A DNA stretch of 64,000 nucleotides from the NCBI GenBank assembly GCA_041690595.1, contig JAWLHB010000011.1:124001-188000 (forward strand), written 5' to 3'. The stretch is from Lentisphaeria bacterium (lineage in GTDB: Bacteria > Verrucomicrobiota > Lentisphaeria > JABSQK01 > JAWLHB01). Below the pieces are notes generated by a model. That model saw nothing but the letters and a program-made list of their open reading frames with translations. It did no database searches and was not told where the DNA came from. Positions 59,474-64,000 of the stretch are shown piece by piece (positions within the stretch are counted from its first letter, which is position 1; every line of letters begins with the position of its first letter). Position numbers and translations under genes: made by a program.

Positions 59474-62400
59474 GTGCCAAAACGCGAAGACATCAAGAAA
59501 GTCCTGATTGTGGGCTCCGGCCCGATTGTCATCGGCCAGGCTGGGGAGTTCGATTACTCGGGATCGCAGGCGTGCAAGGCGCTGCGCAAGCTTGGCTACG
59601 AGATCGTGCTGGTGAACTCCAATCCCGCGACGATCATGACGGATCCGGAGATGGCGGATCGTACCTATATCGAGCCGATCAACGCGGAGGTGATCACGCG
59701 GATCATCGAGAAGGAGCGGCCCGATGCGCTGCTGCCGAACCTGGGCGGTCAGTCGGGACTGAATGTCTCGGCGGAGCTGGCGAAGCTCGGGGTGCTGGAG
59801 AAGTACGAGGTGAAGGTGATCGGGGTACAGATCGACGCGATCGAGCGTGGTGAAGACCGGGAGATTTTCAAGGAGACGATGGCGCGTCTGGGCATCGACG
59901 TACCGAAGAGCAAGACGGTCTACAACGTGGCGCAGGCGGAAGCGGTGGCGGAAGAGCTGGGCTACCCGGTAGTGGTGCGGCCGGCGTACACGATGGGGGG
60001 AACCGGCGGCGGCCTGGTCTACAATGTCGATGAGCTGCGGACGATCGCTTCGCGCGGTCTGGCGGTGAGCATTGTCAATCAGGTCCTGATCGAGGAGTCG
60101 GTGCTTGGCTGGGAAGAGCTGGAGCTGGAGGTGGTGCGCGATTCGAAGGACCAGATGATCACCGTCTGCTTCATCGAGAATGTGGACGCGATGGGGGTGC
60201 ATACGGGCGATTCGTACTGCGTGGCGCCGATGCTGACGATCGCGCCGGAGCTGCAGCGGCGGTTGCAGGAGTATTCGTACCGGATCGTGGAGGCGATCCA
60301 GGTGATCGGCGGCACGAATGTGCAGTTTGCGCACGATCCGGAGACGGATCGGGTGGTGGTGATCGAGATCAACCCGCGGACCTCGCGTTCGTCGGCGCTG
60401 GCCTCGAAGGCGACGGGTTTCCCGATTGCGATGGTCTCGTCGATGCTGGCGGGCGGGCTGACGATGGACGAGATGCCCTACTGGCGGGATGGGAGCCTGG
60501 AGAAGTATACGCCGTCGGGCGATTATGTGGTGGTGAAGTTCCCGCGTTGGGCCTTCGAGAAGTTCCGGGGCGTGGAGGACAAGCTGGGGACGCAGATGCG
60601 TGCCGTCGGCGAGGTGATGAGCATCGGCAAGACCTACAAGGAGGCGATGCAGAAGGCAATCCGCTCGCTGGAGATCGGCCGCATGGGGCTGGGCTTCGCG
60701 AAGGACTTCAACAGCCGCTCTCTGGAGGAGTTGCTGCGGATGCTCCGCGATGCCACGAGCGAGCGTCAGTTCATCATGTACGAAGCGCTGCGCAAGGGCG
60801 CGACGACCGACGAGCTGCACCGGCTGACCCACATCAAGGCGTGGTTCATCGAGCAGATGCGCGAGCTGGTGGTACTCGAGGAAGAGATCCTGAGCCACCG
60901 CGGCGGGCTGCTGCCGGACGAGCTCCTGATCCGCGCCAAGAAGGATGGCTTCGCCGACAAGTACCTCGCCAAGCTGCTCGGGTTGACCGAGACGGCGCTC
61001 CGTGAACGGCGCCTGGCGCTCGGGGTGACGGAAGGGTGGGAGCCCGTTCCCGTCAGCGGGGTGGACGATGCCGCCTATTACTTCTCCACCTACAATGCGC
61101 CGGACAAGGTGGTCGCGTCGAAGAATCGCAAGATCATGATCCTCGGCGGCGGCCCGTACCGTATCGGCCAGGGGATCGAGTTCGACTACTGCTGCTGCCA
61201 CGCCGCCTTCGCGGTCAACGATGCGGGGATCGAGAGCATCGTGGTCAACTGCAATCCGGAGACGGTATCGACGGACTACGACACGAGCAATCGCCTCTAT
61301 TTCGAGCCGCTGACGGTCGAAGATGTGCTGAGCATCTACGAGAAGGAGAAGCCCGAAGGGGTCATCATTCAGTTTGCCGGGCAGACACCCCTCAACATCG
61401 CCCGCGAGCTGGAGCGGGCAGGAGTCCGCATTCTGGGCACGACGCCGGACACGATCGATCTGGCGGAAGATCGCGATCTCTTCCAGAAGGCGATGGAAAA
61501 GCTGGGCATCCCGCAGGCAGAGTCGGGCATGGCCAGCACGCTGGACGAAGCGCTCGCCATCGCCGCGCGTATCGGTTACCCGCTGATGGTACGGCCCAGC
61601 TACGTGCTCGGCGGCCGGGGCATGGAAGTGGTGCATGACGAGGAGATGCTGCGTCATTATGTGACCGCGGCCGTCGGGGTGACGCCGGAACGGCCGATCC
61701 TGATCGACGACTTCCTCGACAATGCCATCGAGGTGGAGGCGGATGCGATCTGCGACGGCACCGATGCCTTTGTGCCCGCCGTCATGCAGCATATCGAGCT
61801 GGCCGGCATTCACTCCGGCGACTCCGCCTGCGTGATTCCGCCGGTGAGCATCGACCAGAAGCACATCGACACGATCTGCGAGTACACGCGGCGGATCGCG
61901 ATCGAGATGAAGGTTGTCGGCCTGATGAACATCCAGTATGCCATCGCCCGCGACACCGTCTACATCCTGGAAGCGAACCCGCGCGCCTCGCGGACGGTGC
62001 CACTCGTCTCGAAGGTGTGCGGCATCTCCATGGCGCGGATCGCTACGCAGATCCTGCTCGGCAAGAGCCTGAAGTCCTTCAACCTGAAGCAGTCGGTCTT
62101 CCCCCACTTCGGGGTGAAGGAGGCGGTCTTCCCCTTCAACATGTTCCCCGAGGTCGACCCGGTGCTCGGGCCGGAGATGCGCTCGACGGGTGAGGTGCTG
62201 GGTATGGCCAGCTCCTTCGGCCTGGCCTTCTACAAGGCCGAGGAGGCGACCAAGACCTCGCTTCCTGATCGCGGCACGGTGCTGATCTCGGTCTCCTCGC
62301 GGGAACGCGAGCAGGATCCGGAGAGCCTGCTGGAGGCGTGCCGGGAGTTCACCCGGATGGGCTTCTGCATCCGCGCGACCGACGGGACGCACCGCTTCCT

Positions 62401-62686
62401 GCAGGAGCACGGGATTGCTTCGGAGCATATCCTGAAGCTCTTCGAGGGTCGTCCCAATCTGGCGGATGCGATCTCGAATGGCGAGATCCAGCTGGTGATC
62501 AACACCCCGGGCGGAAAGCTGAGCGCGTACGACGATTCGTACCTGCGTAAGGCGGCCGTGAAGCACAAGGTCTGTTACATCACCACCATGGCGGCAGCGT
62601 TGGCCTCAGCGAAGGGCATCGCCGCCTTCCGCGAACATGGCACCGACGTCCGTGCCCTCCAGGACTACCACCGCGACATCCACTGA
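59474..62686 (+). CDS. carB: Carbamoyl-phosphate synthase large subunit
   Basis: MPKREDIKKVL..GSGPIVIGQA.EFDYSG, NSNPATIMTD, IGQGIEFDYCC, NCNPETVSTDYD, GPEMRSTGE, MGS domain; GTG start. Confidence 0.98.
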   Translation: MPKREDIKKVLIVGSGPIVIGQAGEFDYSGSQACKALRKLGYEIVLVNSNPATIMTDPEMADRTYIEPINAEVITRIIEKERPDALLPNLGGQSGLNVSAELAKLGVLEKYEVKVIGVQIDAIERGEDREIFKETMARLGIDVPKSKTVYNVAQAEAVAEELGYPVVVRPAYTMGGTGGGLVYNVDELRTIASRGLAVSIVNQVLIEESVLGWEELELEVVRDSKDQMITVCFIENVDAMGVHTGDSYCVAPMLTIAPELQRRLQEYSYRIVEAIQVIGGTNVQFAHDPETDRVVVIEINPRTSRSSALASKATGFPIAMVSSMLAGGLTMDEMPYWRDGSLEKYTPSGDYVVVKFPRWAFEKFRGVEDKLGTQMRAVGEVMSIGKTYKEAMQKAIRSLEIGRMGLGFAKDFNSRSLEELLRMLRDATSERQFIMYEALRKGATTDELHRLTHIKAWFIEQMRELVVLEEEILSHRGGLLPDELLIRAKKDGFADKYLAKLLGLTETALRERRLALGVTEGWEPVPVSGVDDAAYYFSTYNAPDKVVASKNRKIMILGGGPYRIGQGIEFDYCCCHAAFAVNDAGIESIVVNCNPETVSTDYDTSNRLYFEPLTVEDVLSIYEKEKPEGVIIQFAGQTPLNIARELERAGVRILGTTPDTIDLAEDRDLFQKAMEKLGIPQAESGMASTLDEALAIAARIGYPLMVRPSYVLGGRGMEVVHDEEMLRHYVTAAVGVTPERPILIDDFLDNAIEVEADAICDGTDAFVPAVMQHIELAGIHSGDSACVIPPVSIDQKHIDTICEYTRRIAIEMKVVGLMNIQYAIARDTVYILEANPRASRTVPLVSKVCGISMARIATQILLGKSLKSFNLKQSVFPHFGVKEAVFPFNMFPEVDPVLGPEMRSTGEVLGMASSFGLAFYKAEEATKTSLPDRGTVLISVSSREREQDPESLLEACREFTRMGFCIRATDGTHRFLQEHGIASEHILKLFEGRPNLADAISNGEIQLVINTPGGKLSAYDDSYLRKAAVKHKVCYITTMAAALASAKGIAAFREHGTDVRALQDYHRDIH

Positions 62687-62695
62687 GTAGTGTGG

Positions 62696-62729
62696 TCGGC
62701 CACCGGCGGCGCCTGCCGCCGGTGGCCGA
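62696..62729. other. Perfect 15-bp GC stem-loop just after carB stop (no U-tract)
   Basis: tcggccaccggcggc-gcct-gccgccggtggccga; right arm also seen inside REP cluster 1 (~50494-50510). Confidence 0.6.
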
Positions 62730-62734
62730 TGCAA

Positions 62735-63470
62735 GTGTGCCACAGCTTGTGATCATGCAGTGTCAGATGCAGCCAATGGCCACCCATGTCATGGGTGGCC
62801 GCCATAATGTGGGAGGCGTTCTCCGAACGGCGATCATGCGTACAGCCAACTCCCCGCCATCCAGATAATCCCCAAGATGCCGCTGCTCTAGCCACTTATG
62901 TGAATGTCCCCCACCTTGCCGGGCCTGCCGAGGCTGAGGCCCATGGCAATTGCATTCACGCAGAGAGATGGCAAGATCCAAGTCGCCGTTCGGAGAACGC
63001 CTCCCACCTTGCCGGGCTCGCCAAGGCCAACCGTCTGGAAATGTGCCACAGCTTGTGATCATGCAGTGCCAGATGCAGCCAGTGGCTGACCCTACCTGGG
63101 GAAGCCACTCATAATGTGGGAGGCGTTCTCCGAACGGCGATCATGCGCATGGCCAACTTCACTCAATCCAGCAAATCTCCCAGATATTGCTGCACCAGCC
63201 CCCGATGATGCCGGTCCGGTCGAGGCTAAGTCTGGGGCTGCTGGCCACCCATGTCATGGGTGGTCGCCATAATGTGGGAGGTGTTCTCCGAACGGCGATC
63301 ATGCGTACAGCCACATCGGAAGAAGCCAGAAAATCTTCCCAGATATTGCTGCACCAGCCCCCTATGAGGCCGGGCCGGTCGAGGCCGAAGTCTTGGGTAA
63401 TTGTGCTCACGTGGAGAGATGGCAAAGCGCAAGTCGCGGTTCGGAGAACCCCTCCCACATTGCCGGGCTG
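62735..63470. repeat. REP cluster 3 (5 REPs) upstream of RAYT
   Basis: Forward REPs at 62809, 63116, 63274; reverse REPs at 62983 and 63434; degenerate GTGGGAGG foot at 63538. Confidence 0.9.
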
Positions 63471-63639
63471 GGGTGCCTTCAACATTTACCGTTCCTTTTC
63501 AAGTTTCGCTTGCATGTCACCGTAGGCCAGTCATAGTGTGGGAGGTTCCTGGCCACGGCAAGGAAAGGACTTTACTGGGGCAGCCATACATGCTAAGCAT
63601 AGAAAGGTTCACGGGTTGCGAAGTAGGGGAGCAATAGTT

Positions 63640-64000
63640 GTGGATAGCAGGACCAATGGTCCGCCGCACGCCGCCGATCTGCGCAAGCATCGGCGGATGA
63701 TAGGGGCCGGCACATTCTTCGTCACAAAATCCTTGCAGCCCAAATGTCCGGCGCTGACGGCGGCCATGCGATCAATCATCGCGGATGCGTTGGCTTTCTA
63801 CGTCTCCGATGGTCGCCTTCTCTGTCGAGCGATGGTCGTCATGCCTGATCACTGGCATGTGCTGTTTGCCCCGTTGCAGCCAGCTTCGCTTTCCTCCGTC
63901 ATGACGAACCTCGATCGGTGGATCGGCAGACAGACCGGGCCTGATCTGGCGGCGGCCGGTTGTCGCTGGCAGGATGGCTTTCACGACACGCGGATTCGGT
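63640..64000 (+). mobile_element. rayT: REP-associated tyrosine transposase (RAYT/TnpA-REP, HUH Y1 family), truncated by window end
   Basis: Manual translation from GTG 63640 (AGGGGAG RBS): MDSRTNGPPHAADLRKHR..TFFVTK..AMVVMPDHWHVLF..WQDGFHDTRIR; adjacent to a REP cluster; absent from the ORF track because there is no stop in the window. Confidence 0.88.

Noticed and set aside
59450..62566. 1038-aa minus-strand ORF
   Set aside because: Antisense shadow of carB caused by GC-rich codon bias
1..64000. tRNA/rRNA genes, integrases, phage genes
   Set aside because: None recognised by manual reading

Overview
High-GC bacterial chromosomal window, probably from a PVC-superphylum organism such as Lentisphaerae. 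That is an inference from the Gly-less FTLIE prepilins, the MoxR/DUF58/BatA-vWA/prenyltransferase-like operon and the DWG-type Ser/Thr kinase. Left to right: GT87-like membrane protein (truncated), RRM protein, class I/II aminotransferase, 7-gene MoxR-vWA envelope operon, a secreted unknown, a CzcCBA-type heavy-metal RND system, a PL8 lyase / GH42-like / Ser-Thr kinase-FGE / sialidase-like block, hom, an enolase-family dehydratase, two paralogous PAS histidine kinases, bioA-bioB-alr, ymdB-nrdR-ATP-cone-like-FHA/GAF kinase, a lower-GC minor-pilin cassette plus gspG, and carB. The most striking non-genic signal is a REP system. It has 19 copies of a 25-nt GT(G/A)G-footed imperfect palindrome in two covarying variants, built into ~186-bp inverted pairs inside ~310-320-bp composite units. 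These lie in three intergenic clusters (50.3-51.0, 58.0-59.3, 62.7-63.5 kb). The last cluster abuts a REP-associated tyrosine transposase (RAYT) gene starting at ~63640, which the ORF track missed because it runs off the window. All calls come from manual reading and motif recall; no searches were run.
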